From NCBI RefSeq assembly GCF_002087085.1, contig NZ_MWQY01000005.1, forward strand, positions 1 to 64,000: a stretch of 64,000 nt of DNA. Reading direction: 5' to 3'. The translations under genes were made by a program, and so were the position numbers. Position 1 is the first letter of the stretch, and every line of letters begins with the position of its first letter. This document shows positions 18,631 through 28,567 of this stretch, in pieces. The notes below the pieces were generated by a model. That model saw only the letters and a list, made by a program, of their open reading frames with translations, was not told the DNA's origin and searched no databases.

Positions 18631-21003
18631 ATGAGCGACTACCTTGATCCAAATAACGAAGAGCTTCTGAAGGATTTCTTCATGGAAGCCAACATGCAGG
18701 TAGAGGTTCTCGAGCAGAATATTCTGGTCCTCGAGAACGACCCCACGAACAAGGAGGCGGTGGACGAGATCTTCCGTGCTGCCCATACCCTCAAAGGGGG
18801 AGCGGCGACGGTACAGATGAATGATCTGTCCAGCTTTACCCATCTTCTGGAGGACCTGCTTGACGAGATACGGAATGGCTCTGTTCGGGTTAGTGAAGAC
18901 CTGATCGATGTTCTTCTGGCCTCCATCGATATCATCAAGGGTATTATCGATGCCCGATCCTCCGGCGAGACGTTCACAGGAGATACGGAAGAGACCCGCA
19001 GGCGGCTAAAAAGCTTCAGTACTGAGGAATCAGGTGCAAAGACTAAAGAAACAGTGGTTGAGGAAGCCGCTCAACCTTCGACGGTCAGAGATGTATCCGC
19101 CGAGGGACCCGGAGGTTCAGATCTTTCCGAGTATGAGATCCTTGAATTGAAGGATGCGGCCAGGGCCGGGGAAAAGATCTACGAAATCGCCGTGGATTTT
19201 GACGAAGACAATCCCATGAATACCGTGGGGGGAATACAGCTTTATGCCGCCATCAAGGCAGCAGGTACGGTACTGAAAACAGTACCCGACTTTGAGGAGC
19301 TGTATGAGGATCAGTTCCATCCCCGGGTGGTTTACTTTGTCGCCACAGAAGAAACCCTTGACTCCCTGCGTACGCGGGTTGACATCCCGGATGTCGTAAA
19401 TTCGGTCTCCCTGGCGGAGCTGAGCGGTGAAGCCGCAAAAGAAAAGCCGAAGGCAGAAAAGAAAAAGACAGCGGCTGCTCCTGCTGCTCAATCCAAAAAA
19501 CCTTCTGCTGCTCCTGCCAGGGAAAAAGTGGAAACTGCCGGTGAAATAGAGTCCCTCTCCGGAGATTTGTCCGGGTCTGCGGAGCCCCAGGCGGCGGCAA
19601 AAAAAGGTAAAAAGCTCGGTTCTGTCCTCAGGGTGGACAGTTCCAGAATCGACAACCTTCTGAACCTTGTTTCCGAGGCCGTCATCAATAAGGCGACCTT
19701 CAATCAGATCAGCACCCAGTTCTCCGAGACCCAGGAAGAACTTTCCGCAGCTGAAAATCTTTTTCGTGAAAGAATGAAGGAAATCCTGGACCTGGTTCCG
19801 AACCTGGCGGAGGAGATGCAGAATGGTTCCTCCGAAAAGGATGTACGGAACCAGCTCAATGAACGCTTCGGCGATCTGATAAATATCTTTGAGCCTTTTG
19901 AAAATAAACTTAAAACCGCTGTGAACAAATTCCGCGGTACATCCCAGAACCTGGGAAGGCTGACCAGTGACCTTCATGAGAGGGTTCTTCAGATCCGGAT
20001 GGTACCGATATCCCAGATTTTTTCCCGCTTTCCCCGGCTCGTACGGGATATTTCAAAATCCCTGAACAAGAAGATCCAGCTTGTGATAGAAGGTGAAGAC
20101 ACGGAGCTCGACAAATCGGTTATCGAGGATCTCCTGGATCCTCTTATCCACTGCGTACGAAATTCCGTGGACCATGGGATTGAGAGCATAGATGACCGCA
20201 AGGCCGCCGGAAAAGAAGAAGAGGGTCATATTCTGCTGAGCGCCCGGAACGAAGGCAACATGATTGTCATTGAAATCCAGGACGACGGCAGGGGCATCGA
20301 CGTCGAATCTGTCCGTTCCAAGGCCATAGAACGGGGTATTATCCATCCCAGTAAAAACCTGTCGGATATTGAAGCCTTCAACCTGATCTTTGAGCCCGGT
20401 TTTTCCACCGCGAAATCCGTTACCAGTATCTCGGGCCGGGGAGTCGGACTCGATGTTGTCAGAAAGCAGATCGAGAAGTTGAACGGCAATGTGAGTGTCT
20501 GGTCAGAAAAAGGGACCGGTACACGGTTCACTATCAAACTCCCCCTGACTCTTGCCATCATACAGGGACTCCTGGTCCAGGTTGGCGAGGAAATCTATGC
20601 CATTCCCATTACATCGGTAATTGACAGTCATCGAATCAGGCCCGAAGAGATCAAGATGATCGACAACTACGAGGTCTTTAATGTCAGGGAGGATGTAATC
20701 TCTCTGCTGCGTCTTAACCGGCTTTTCAAGATTCAGACCAGTGAGCAGAGGGAGTATCAGTTCGTTGTCATTGTCGGCAGCGGTGATAAGAAAATGGGAT
20801 TGATGGTAGATACCCTCATCGGGGAAGAGGACGTGGTTATCAAACCCCTGCGGGATTCTTATACCAATGCTCCCGGAATTGCCGGGGCAACGATACTCGG
20901 AGATGGCACAGTCTCGCTGATAATTGACGTAAGCCAGCTGCTTGAACTCGGATTCAGACAGGAGTTGGCGGACCGTCAAAAAAGGGAAGCAACCATTGGC
21001 TAG
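18631..21003 (+). CDS. cheA: Chemotaxis histidine kinase CheA (core spirochaete type)
   Basis: IFRAAHTLKG HPt, P2, dimerisation, HATPase (RNSVDHG, DDGRG, GRGVGLDVV) and CheW-like P5 domains. Confidence 0.96.
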   Translation: MSDYLDPNNEELLKDFFMEANMQVEVLEQNILVLENDPTNKEAVDEIFRAAHTLKGGAATVQMNDLSSFTHLLEDLLDEIRNGSVRVSEDLIDVLLASIDIIKGIIDARSSGETFTGDTEETRRRLKSFSTEESGAKTKETVVEEAAQPSTVRDVSAEGPGGSDLSEYEILELKDAARAGEKIYEIAVDFDEDNPMNTVGGIQLYAAIKAAGTVLKTVPDFEELYEDQFHPRVVYFVATEETLDSLRTRVDIPDVVNSVSLAELSGEAAKEKPKAEKKKTAAAPAAQSKKPSAAPAREKVETAGEIESLSGDLSGSAEPQAAAKKGKKLGSVLRVDSSRIDNLLNLVSEAVINKATFNQISTQFSETQEELSAAENLFRERMKEILDLVPNLAEEMQNGSSEKDVRNQLNERFGDLINIFEPFENKLKTAVNKFRGTSQNLGRLTSDLHERVLQIRMVPISQIFSRFPRLVRDISKSLNKKIQLVIEGEDTELDKSVIEDLLDPLIHCVRNSVDHGIESIDDRKAAGKEEEGHILLSARNEGNMIVIEIQDDGRGIDVESVRSKAIERGIIHPSKNLSDIEAFNLIFEPGFSTAKSVTSISGRGVGLDVVRKQIEKLNGNVSVWSEKGTGTRFTIKLPLTLAIIQGLLVQVGEEIYAIPITSVIDSHRIRPEEIKMIDNYEVFNVREDVISLLRLNRLFKIQTSEQREYQFVVIVGSGDKKMGLMVDTLIGEEDVVIKPLRDSYTNAPGIAGATILGDGTVSLIIDVSQLLELGFRQELADRQKREATIG

Positions 21004-21019
21004 AAATATTGGGGATACA

Positions 21020-22351
21020 ATGGAAACCTTACAGGAACAGCAGCAAGGAACTGAACAGAAAGGCGTAACGGAACAGATCGACTTCAAGATGGTCACCTTC
21101 TCTCTGGCGGGCAAGGAATACGGCATCGACATCATGAAGGTAAAGGAGATCTCAAAGGCTGATCGTTTTACCTATGTGCCCAATACAGCACCCTATGTCC
21201 GGGGAGTCTACAACCTTCGGGGAGATATTATATCCATAATTGATCTTCGGGTTATGTTTCATCTTCCTGCTCCCAGCAAAGCCGACGGACTGATGGAGGA
21301 CATGATTATTCTGCGTCTGGATAACTACTTTATCGGGGTTATCGTGGACAGCATCGATAAGGTCGTCGGTATATCCTCCTCGTCCATTCAGCCTCCGCAT
21401 CCGCTCTTTGGTGATATCAACATCAAGTTCATCAAGGGAATTGTCGAGAACGAAAAAAAGCTCTACATCATTCTGGATGTCGAGAAAATTCTCGGGGATG
21501 CTGATGATGAAGAGGATGAAAGCCGGGTAGAGGTCATGGGGATTCCCATGGCCAGCGAAACGGAAGCTGAAGCAGAGTCGGCCTACGGAGGCGACGGAAA
21601 AAGTGGTGATCTGGGGCTTGATTTTCTCCAGGATACCCTGAAAACCTTCAGTCGCTTTACCGTAAGCTCTGTGAACCGCGAATGGATCCGGGAGCGATAT
21701 GCTGAATGGAAGTCTCAGCATGGAGGAAGCGACGAAAAGGCCCAGTTGAAATCCCCCGAGGATGCCCAGAAATTCCTTGAGGATTTTTATTCTCCCTGTA
21801 CAGGGCGTTTATGGAACAAGGATTACGCCGACGCGATGGCTTCGATTCTCCCGGACGGTAGAAAAGGGAATCTGACTGCCTGGAATCCCGGCTGTGGCAA
21901 GGGTTATGAAACCTATTCACTGGCTGCCGCTTTAAGGGCAAAGAATCCGGAAGCGGTTATTAAAATCTGGGCCAACGACAGCGACCTCCTGAGTATTTCA
22001 ACCGCCCCGAATCTTGTATTTAATGATAACGAAATTCCTGAATATCTCGATGCATATATGCAGGAAACCAAAAACGGCAAGCAGTTAAACGAGGGAATAC
22101 GAAAGCAGATTCTCTTTGAGTATCATGACGTACTTCATTCCAATCCTTTTCCCGAGGTCGATCTGATAATGGCCCGGGATCTGATCTCTTTTATGTCAAA
22201 AAATGATCAGAACCGCCTGATGAGTGAATTCCTGGAAAAACTGAAACCCGGCGGCCTGCTGTTCCTTGGAGCTCATGAGCGGATTAATGATCCTGAATGG
22301 GACATGGTTGAAGCTTCAGGACTAGTTGCGTACAGAAAGAAAAATGGATAA
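21020..22351 (+). CDS. cheW: CheW with C-terminal CheR-like domain (Borrelia CheW3 type)
   Basis: CheW domain (VRGVYNLRGDII) followed by AWNPGCGKGYETYS and LKPGGLLFLG. Confidence 0.92.
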   Translation: METLQEQQQGTEQKGVTEQIDFKMVTFSLAGKEYGIDIMKVKEISKADRFTYVPNTAPYVRGVYNLRGDIISIIDLRVMFHLPAPSKADGLMEDMIILRLDNYFIGVIVDSIDKVVGISSSSIQPPHPLFGDINIKFIKGIVENEKKLYIILDVEKILGDADDEEDESRVEVMGIPMASETEAEAESAYGGDGKSGDLGLDFLQDTLKTFSRFTVSSVNREWIRERYAEWKSQHGGSDEKAQLKSPEDAQKFLEDFYSPCTGRLWNKDYADAMASILPDGRKGNLTAWNPGCGKGYETYSLAAALRAKNPEAVIKIWANDSDLLSISTAPNLVFNDNEIPEYLDAYMQETKNGKQLNEGIRKQILFEYHDVLHSNPFPEVDLIMARDLISFMSKNDQNRLMSEFLEKLKPGGLLFLGAHERINDPEWDMVEASGLVAYRKKNG

Positions 22352-22398
22352 TATTGTGCCGGGCTTTGATAACAGCCTGGCGGCCAAGGAGAGTATGT

Positions 22399-22863
22399 AT
22401 GAGAGTTGAATATATCAATCCCTTTGTTGAATCTGCCTTCAATATCCTTCGCGAGGTACTGAATGCGGAAATAACAAGGGGTGAACTTTATCTTAAATCT
22501 GCATCCCAGCCGGTACTCGGTGTCGCAGCCATAGTAGGTCTTGCCGGAGATGTTGAGGGACGCGTTCTTTTCGACATGAGTCGCCCCACCGCTATCGCTA
22601 TTGCCTCCGCAATGAATGGAGAAGAATTGAGCGAACTGGATGACCTCGGGAAAGCAACAATTACAGAGCTTGCAAACATGATTACTGCCCAGGCGGTAAC
22701 GAAACTTCATGATCTCGGGTTTAAATTCGACCTGACGCCTCCGGCCATATTCACCGGTGATAATATGGAGGTTACCGATACCGAGGTGGAAGCCCTGATT
22801 GTACCTGTTAACCTGGAACAGGGTAAAATCGAAATTAACGTCGCCGTCCGTGAAAGAGCATAA
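22399..22863 (+). CDS. cheX: CheY-P phosphatase CheX
   Basis: MRVEYINPF, VGLAGDVEG and ELANMI motifs. Confidence 0.95.
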   Translation: MRVEYINPFVESAFNILREVLNAEITRGELYLKSASQPVLGVAAIVGLAGDVEGRVLFDMSRPTAIAIASAMNGEELSELDDLGKATITELANMITAQAVTKLHDLGFKFDLTPPAIFTGDNMEVTDTEVEALIVPVNLEQGKIEINVAVRERA

Positions 22864-22877
22864 GAGGAGGGGATACA

Positions 22878-23312
22878 ATGAAGACTAAGATGGACTTTCC
22901 GAATATAAATGAACGAAAAGCTGAAGGTGTAGGCCCCGATGGAAATGCCTACAGGGTGCTTGTAGTCGATGATTCCATGTTCGTTACAAAACAGATAAGC
23001 CAGATTCTTACCTCCGAAGGCTTTGATGTTGTGGGAACTGCAAAGGACGGGCAGGAGGGGCTCGAGAAATACAAGGAACTTTACCCGAACGTTGATCTTG
23101 TTACCATGGATATCACCATGCCCAAGATGGATGGTGTAACCAGTCTTGAAAAGATTATTGAATTTGACAAAGATGCACGGGTTATCATGATAAGCGCTCT
23201 TGGAAAACAGGACCTTGTTAAAAAATCACTGCTTTTGGGGGCGAAGAATTACATTGTGAAACCCCTGGACCGGAAAAAAGTTCTGGAAAGGGTATTGATG
23301 AGCCTGAAATAA
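22878..23312 (+). CDS. cheY: Chemotaxis response regulator CheY
   Basis: VVDDS, MDITMP and YIVKP receiver motifs; last gene of the cheA-cheW-cheX-cheY operon. Confidence 0.95.
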   Translation: MKTKMDFPNINERKAEGVGPDGNAYRVLVVDDSMFVTKQISQILTSEGFDVVGTAKDGQEGLEKYKELYPNVDLVTMDITMPKMDGVTSLEKIIEFDKDARVIMISALGKQDLVKKSLLLGAKNYIVKPLDRKKVLERVLMSLK

Positions 23313-23338
23313 TATGGTAAAAGTACCCCTGTCATTTC

Positions 23339-23412
23339 GGGCGGCTAGCTCAGTTGGTTAGAGCACTTGCTCGACACGCAAGGGGTCGTTGGTTCGAATC
23401 CAATGCCGCCCA
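23339..23412 (+). tRNA. tRNA-Val (anticodon GAC)
   Basis: GGGCGGC...CTTGC-TC-GAC-AC-GCAAG...GGTTCGAATCC...GCCGCCC-A. Confidence 0.95.
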
Positions 23413-23413
23413 G

Positions 23414-23453
23414 AAAACAACCGGAGGGGTTAACCTTTCGGTTGTTTTTTTTT
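23414..23453 (+). terminator. Rho-independent terminator after tRNA-Val
   Basis: AAAACAACCGGAGG...CCTTTCGGTTGTTTT followed by a long T run. Confidence 0.85.
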
Positions 23454-23512
23454 GTCTATTATTTGCGCATGTCCGTTTTTTTTACCATACTAGGATTGTT
23501 TCCGGGGGAATA

Positions 23513-24802
23513 ATGGTATTGATAATTGTTCATCTTGCTATGTTGCTGACAGGCGTATTTTTTGTAATCAGATATTCAGATCCGGTAATTCTGATAATTC
23601 CTTTCCTTTCTCTTGTAACCCTTGGTACTGTGCTTATTCGCCGGCGGGGAGTTAATAAAAACGCTGAGGGAGCAGGGAAGACTCTTCTGAAACAGGAAGT
23701 ATCTGATTTGAAGGATATGCTTTCTGCGGCTTCTGAAAAAATAAATTCCCTGGAAACTGAACGCGCGAAAAACGAAGATGCACAACAGACAAAAAATATT
23801 GTTCTGGCATCCCTTGCCGACTCCCTGCAACTGCTGAATGCCGCAGCCCCCATACTCGAAGCCCTGTCTAAACGGGTTATAGAAAAAACAGAAGCCTCGA
23901 ATATGTCGGTATCGGACCGTATCTTTTCCATTGCGGAACATTCGAAATATCTGGGCGGCGAGATCCAGAATGTTCTTACAGAGCTCATGGATGGAAGTGG
24001 AGGTCTGGAAAGCAGTCTTGCCAGACTCGAGCATGAGACCGGCGGTTACAGGACGCTGATATCCGGTCTGAAAGAGATCAGCGGCACCTACCTCAAGGAT
24101 ATGGATCTGCTGAAACAGGCTGTTCAGAATATCGGTTCCTATACTCAGGGGCTGACGGACCTTGCGGATCAGACCAATCTGCTGTCTATAAATGCATCCA
24201 TTGAGGCGGCCCGGGCTGGAAGTGCCGGCGGCGGTTTTCGGATTATCGCCTCGGAGGTGCAGGCCCTGGCCCGGCGTTCCAAGGCAATTGCGGATGAGAT
24301 CAACACCCAGATTGTAGCCGCGGCCAGTAATGTGGAAAGCTCCTTTTCTCACCAGGAGCTTATTCTTGGAGACAGTATATCCCGGATCGAGGAATCCCAG
24401 AGCAATCTGGACAAGCTTGTAACGGAACTGCGGCCGCAGCTCGAAAGTATCGGCAATACTGTGGAGGAATCAAAGAAGATTTCCACGGGAGTAACCGCTG
24501 ATCTGAATCAAATTATTGTATCCATGCAGTATCACGATATGATTCGTCAGATTCTTGAACACTGTAATTCTATATTGAACGAGGTAAGGTCCTCCTGTAA
24601 CGAACAGACGCTCCTTTCACGGTATGCCGAACAGGACGATGAGCTGGTTAAAAAGCGGGTGCGGGACCTTGCAACGAAATATTTTACCGTGGATGATGAG
24701 TGGGAGGTCCTGGGGATTTCAGTTCGGGACTCTACCCGGCATAAAGAGCGGGAGAAAATAAAAAAGGAACACAAGCTCGAAGGGGACATAACCCTCTTTT
24801 AA
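23513..24802 (+). CDS. Methyl-accepting chemotaxis protein-like
   Basis: Two adjacent N-terminal TM helices; QTNLLSINASIEAARAG...GFRIIASEV hairpin tip; C-terminus GDITLF. Start moved from 23354 because that start lies inside tRNA-Val. Confidence 0.88.
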   Translation: MVLIIVHLAMLLTGVFFVIRYSDPVILIIPFLSLVTLGTVLIRRRGVNKNAEGAGKTLLKQEVSDLKDMLSAASEKINSLETERAKNEDAQQTKNIVLASLADSLQLLNAAAPILEALSKRVIEKTEASNMSVSDRIFSIAEHSKYLGGEIQNVLTELMDGSGGLESSLARLEHETGGYRTLISGLKEISGTYLKDMDLLKQAVQNIGSYTQGLTDLADQTNLLSINASIEAARAGSAGGGFRIIASEVQALARRSKAIADEINTQIVAAASNVESSFSHQELILGDSISRIEESQSNLDKLVTELRPQLESIGNTVEESKKISTGVTADLNQIIVSMQYHDMIRQILEHCNSILNEVRSSCNEQTLLSRYAEQDDELVKKRVRDLATKYFTVDDEWEVLGISVRDSTRHKEREKIKKEHKLEGDITLF

Positions 24803-24817
24803 GAGAGAGGAAGAGGA

Positions 24818-25180
24818 ATGAAAATTTTATGTGTAGATGACAGCCCGACCATCAGGATGCTGGTAAAACGTGCGCTGGAGCCGGAAGGATATACGATTGT
24901 CGAAGCTGAGAATGGAAAAAAAGCTCTTGATGTGGCTGTCTCCACTTCTGTCGATGCCTGTATTGTTGATGTGAATATGCCTGAACTCGACGGTTTCGGC
25001 TTTGTGGAACAGGTACGCCAAAATCCGGAATACAGGGATACCCCGATCATTTTTCTTACCACCGAAAGCTCCCAGGAAAAAAAGAGCAGGGGTGCGGCCC
25101 TCGGCGTAAAGGGCTGGATTGTAAAACCCTTTGATCCCCCGTCCCTGGTAAAAGTCATGAATATCCTGATTCCCCGCTAG
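24818..25180 (+). CDS. cheY: CheY-like response regulator
   Basis: VDDS, DVNMP, LTTE and WIVKPF motifs. Confidence 0.9.
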   Translation: MKILCVDDSPTIRMLVKRALEPEGYTIVEAENGKKALDVAVSTSVDACIVDVNMPELDGFGFVEQVRQNPEYRDTPIIFLTTESSQEKKSRGAALGVKGWIVKPFDPPSLVKVMNILIPR

Positions 25181-25192
25181 GAGCAGTGCCAG

Positions 25193-27715
25193 ATGTCTCA
25201 ACTTGATGATCTGATTGACCGAATCTCTGATTTTATCCCCGGCGACCTGGTGGAAGGAATAGAGATAGAGGAGCACCTGAAAAAGCTCATTCAGGAGTAC
25301 CCTGAGGACCAGGAGAAAGCAACCCTGCTGAAAGCGCTGACAGATGAGTTTTCGTCGATTATACAGCAGACATCCGCGGGTGACGAAGAGACAATCAAGT
25401 CCGGTATTCTGAAGGGATTAAAGAAACTGCAGGCTCCAGGAAAAAACTCCGACGATACCGGTCCCGTCAGGACAGATATTCCGGAAGGAAAGGAGATAGA
25501 GGATCTTGACCTGCTGACTTCCTTTATTTCTGAAGCTCAGGAACACCTGGAGAGTATTGAAAAAAAGATCCTGAGCCTTGAAAATCAGAGTGATCATGAT
25601 ACGGTGAACGATATTTTTCGTTCCATGCACACCATAAAGGGGGTTTCCTCTTTTCTGGGTCTTACGGGTGTCAAAACCCTGAGTCATCATATGGAGACTG
25701 TTCTGGATTCTGTGAGAAAAGGCTCCGTTGCGGCGAATGCGGAAATGATCGACACCCTTCTTGAAGGGGTGGATCTGCTTGTACGCCTGGTGGATGACCT
25801 GGCTAAAAAAACAGAGCAGAAGATCCAATCTCCGGAAACACGAATATTCGAACTCGAGATGGATATACATCCCTACGTTGAGAAGCTGGTTGTCTTTTCC
25901 GATGAAACAAAAAGTGTAAAAGAATCGACCGAAACTGGCGGATTCGCAACGGAAGATCTGTTCACCCGGGAGATGGTCGAAAAGTATGTGGCTGAGTCCA
26001 TGGATCTTCTGGATACGGCGGAAAAGGCCATTCTCGACCTGGAAGACAATTCCCACAAGGCTTCGCTGATTGATGAAGCCTTTCGGGCAGTTCACACGAT
26101 TAAGGGAAATGCGGGGTTTTTCTGGTACGGATATATAGAAAAGCTCTGCATGGACGTGGAGTCTGTTCTGGATGTTATGCGCAAGGACCCCAGGGCCATT
26201 CGAAATACTGTTATCTCCTCACTCCTGACTGCCATTGACGAAATACGATTCGGTCTCCAGAGGATACAGTCCGGAGAGCTCAAGCCCGGTGCCTTCTCTG
26301 ATGAAGACGGGGCAGAGTATAGTGATGAACGCCTTAAAAGAGGGGAAGCCAAACCTCTCGGAGAGTTGCTGGTCGAAATGGGTGCCGTATCCAGAGAGGC
26401 AGTGGAGGAGGCCCTGGATAAACAGGGAATGCGTCTGGGAGAACTCCTGATCCGGGAGGGGATCACCGATTCAGAGAGCATCGAGAAAGCCCTGAAACAG
26501 CAGGGTCGACCGTCGGAGCCCGGGGGAGATGCAGGTTCGGGATACAGCTTTAAACGCAAGGATATCCGTGTCGATACCGAAAGGCTGGACCGTCTTTTCG
26601 ATCTGATGGGAGAACTTATTACCGCAGAAGCCATGGTTTTACACAACCCGGATCTGGTCTCTCTGGACCTTCCGGATTTTCAGAAGGCCGGGACCTATCT
26701 CTCCAAGATCACCAGGGAGATGCAGGAAATCACCATGTCCATCCGGATGATTCCCCTGGACGGTCTTTTCAGCAAGATGCGGCGTCTCGTACGGGATCTT
26801 TCCCGCAAGTTTTCAAAAGACGTCAATTTTCATGTCAGCGGCGAAGAGACTGAAATGGATCGCAATGTAATGGAAGAGATATCCGATCCTCTGGTCCATA
26901 TCATTAGAAATGCCATCGACCACGGAATCGAACCTGCCCAAGTGCGTAAGAAAGCCGGTAAACCGACGGCGGGAAATGTATACCTCGATGCAAAGTATGA
27001 GGGAAACGAGATCTGGATAAGCATACAGGACGATGGAGGGGGACTCAATACCGAAAGAATTCTGCAGAAATCCAGGGAACGGGGAATAATTGCTGCAGAT
27101 GTCGAACCGTCGGAAGATGAGATTTATCAGTTGATCTTCGAACCCGGATTCTCAACTGCCCAGCAGGTATCGGAAATTTCCGGCCGCGGGGTGGGTATGG
27201 ATGTAGTAAAACGGAACCTGGAAAAGCTGCGGGGAAAAATAGACATTCGAAGCGATGCCGGAAAAGGCACGGAATTTATCCTGAGAATACCCCTTACCCT
27301 GGCGATTATTGACGGGGTTACCGCAAGGGTCGGAAGCATGCTCTACTCGGTCCCCGTCAACGATGTAACCTCCTTTCAGAAGGTGGAAGCCGGACAGATA
27401 ACCGAGACAAACCGGTTCCAGGAGGTCTTCAGGTTGCGGGACGATCTTATTCCAGTTGTACGGCTTGCCGATTTTTTCAAGGTCATGGGAGGCGTACGCC
27501 ACGTGGAGGATGGAATCCTGGTGGTTTCTCAGGCTGGCCGACGCAGCGTCGCTCTTCTTGTGGATGAGATCATCGGATACAGCCAGCTTGTGGTTAAGGC
27601 CCTGCCGGAATACATGGGAGAGATGCGGGCCATTTCCGGATGCAGTATAATGGGCGATGGCGAAGTAAGTTTGATTCTGGATATCGGGGCAATCGTCAAC
27701 GAGGAACTTGATTGA
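25193..27715 (+). CDS. cheA: Second CheA with two HPt domains and an MshEN-like motif pair
   Basis: FRSMHTIKG and FRAVHTIKG; RNAIDHG and GRGVGMDVV; P5 domain. Confidence 0.93.
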   Translation: MSQLDDLIDRISDFIPGDLVEGIEIEEHLKKLIQEYPEDQEKATLLKALTDEFSSIIQQTSAGDEETIKSGILKGLKKLQAPGKNSDDTGPVRTDIPEGKEIEDLDLLTSFISEAQEHLESIEKKILSLENQSDHDTVNDIFRSMHTIKGVSSFLGLTGVKTLSHHMETVLDSVRKGSVAANAEMIDTLLEGVDLLVRLVDDLAKKTEQKIQSPETRIFELEMDIHPYVEKLVVFSDETKSVKESTETGGFATEDLFTREMVEKYVAESMDLLDTAEKAILDLEDNSHKASLIDEAFRAVHTIKGNAGFFWYGYIEKLCMDVESVLDVMRKDPRAIRNTVISSLLTAIDEIRFGLQRIQSGELKPGAFSDEDGAEYSDERLKRGEAKPLGELLVEMGAVSREAVEEALDKQGMRLGELLIREGITDSESIEKALKQQGRPSEPGGDAGSGYSFKRKDIRVDTERLDRLFDLMGELITAEAMVLHNPDLVSLDLPDFQKAGTYLSKITREMQEITMSIRMIPLDGLFSKMRRLVRDLSRKFSKDVNFHVSGEETEMDRNVMEEISDPLVHIIRNAIDHGIEPAQVRKKAGKPTAGNVYLDAKYEGNEIWISIQDDGGGLNTERILQKSRERGIIAADVEPSEDEIYQLIFEPGFSTAQQVSEISGRGVGMDVVKRNLEKLRGKIDIRSDAGKGTEFILRIPLTLAIIDGVTARVGSMLYSVPVNDVTSFQKVEAGQITETNRFQEVFRLRDDLIPVVRLADFFKVMGGVRHVEDGILVVSQAGRRSVALLVDEIIGYSQLVVKALPEYMGEMRAISGCSIMGDGEVSLILDIGAIVNEELD

Positions 27716-28563
27716 GCACTATGTACGGTCTCCTTGATATCAGCGATAAAGAGTTTCAGGATATTTCCCGGCTCGTGCACAGCCGTTTTGGTATTAATCT
27801 GACGGATAAAAAGGTCACCCTGGTCAAGGGTCGCCTTAACAAGCTTATCCGGGAAAGAGGGTATACTTCCTTCAGCCAGTATTACAAGGCTGTCATGGAG
27901 GATACCACAGGGGCCGAGCTCCTGGGACTTGTAGATAAAATCTCTACCAATCATACCTATTTTTTTCGTGAGAACGATCATTTTCAGGTGCTCCGGGAGA
28001 GGATCCTGCCGGAAACCCTTGCAGGTATACCCGGTGGAGATTTAAAGGAGCTGAAAATCTGGTGCGCCGGCTGTTCCTCCGGCGAGGAGGCCTATACATT
28101 AGCTATTGAGCTGCTGGATTTCGCCCGGTCTGTAAACTCCGGCCTGGACAGCAGAATAATCCTGGCTACGGATATTTCCCTTACAGCCCTGGAAGCCGCA
28201 GCAAAGGGGGAATATGTTGCTGAGCGGGTGCGCGGTGTTTCCCGGGAACACCTGGCACGGCATTTTGTTCTTACACCCGCCGGTACCTACCGGGTGAAAG
28301 ACAACCTGCGGTCTCTGATTCTTTTCAAACGTTTGAATCTCATACGGGACAGTTTTCCCTTCAAGGGAAAGTTCCATATGATCTTCTGCAGAAATGTAAT
28401 GATCTATTTTGATAAACCGACGAAAGACCGTCTGGTTGAACATTTTTCCGACCTGCTTTATCCCGGAGGACACCTGTTTATCGGACATTCTGAGTCCCTG
28501 GGGCGTGATCTGTCGACATTTGAGTACAGGCAGCCGGCTCTGTACAGAAAACGGGGGATATGA
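27712..28563 (+). CDS. cheR: Chemotaxis protein-glutamate O-methyltransferase CheR
   Basis: STNHTYFFRE, WCAGCSSGEEAY and FCRNVMIYF motifs. Confidence 0.95.
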   Translation: MSTMYGLLDISDKEFQDISRLVHSRFGINLTDKKVTLVKGRLNKLIRERGYTSFSQYYKAVMEDTTGAELLGLVDKISTNHTYFFRENDHFQVLRERILPETLAGIPGGDLKELKIWCAGCSSGEEAYTLAIELLDFARSVNSGLDSRIILATDISLTALEAAAKGEYVAERVRGVSREHLARHFVLTPAGTYRVKDNLRSLILFKRLNLIRDSFPFKGKFHMIFCRNVMIYFDKPTKDRLVEHFSDLLYPGGHLFIGHSESLGRDLSTFEYRQPALYRKRGI

Positions 28564-28567
28564 TTTT

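Noticed and set aside
23354..23512. Longer N-terminus for the MCP
   Set aside because: It starts inside tRNA-Val and crosses its terminator; ATG 23513 has an SD-like GGGGGA.
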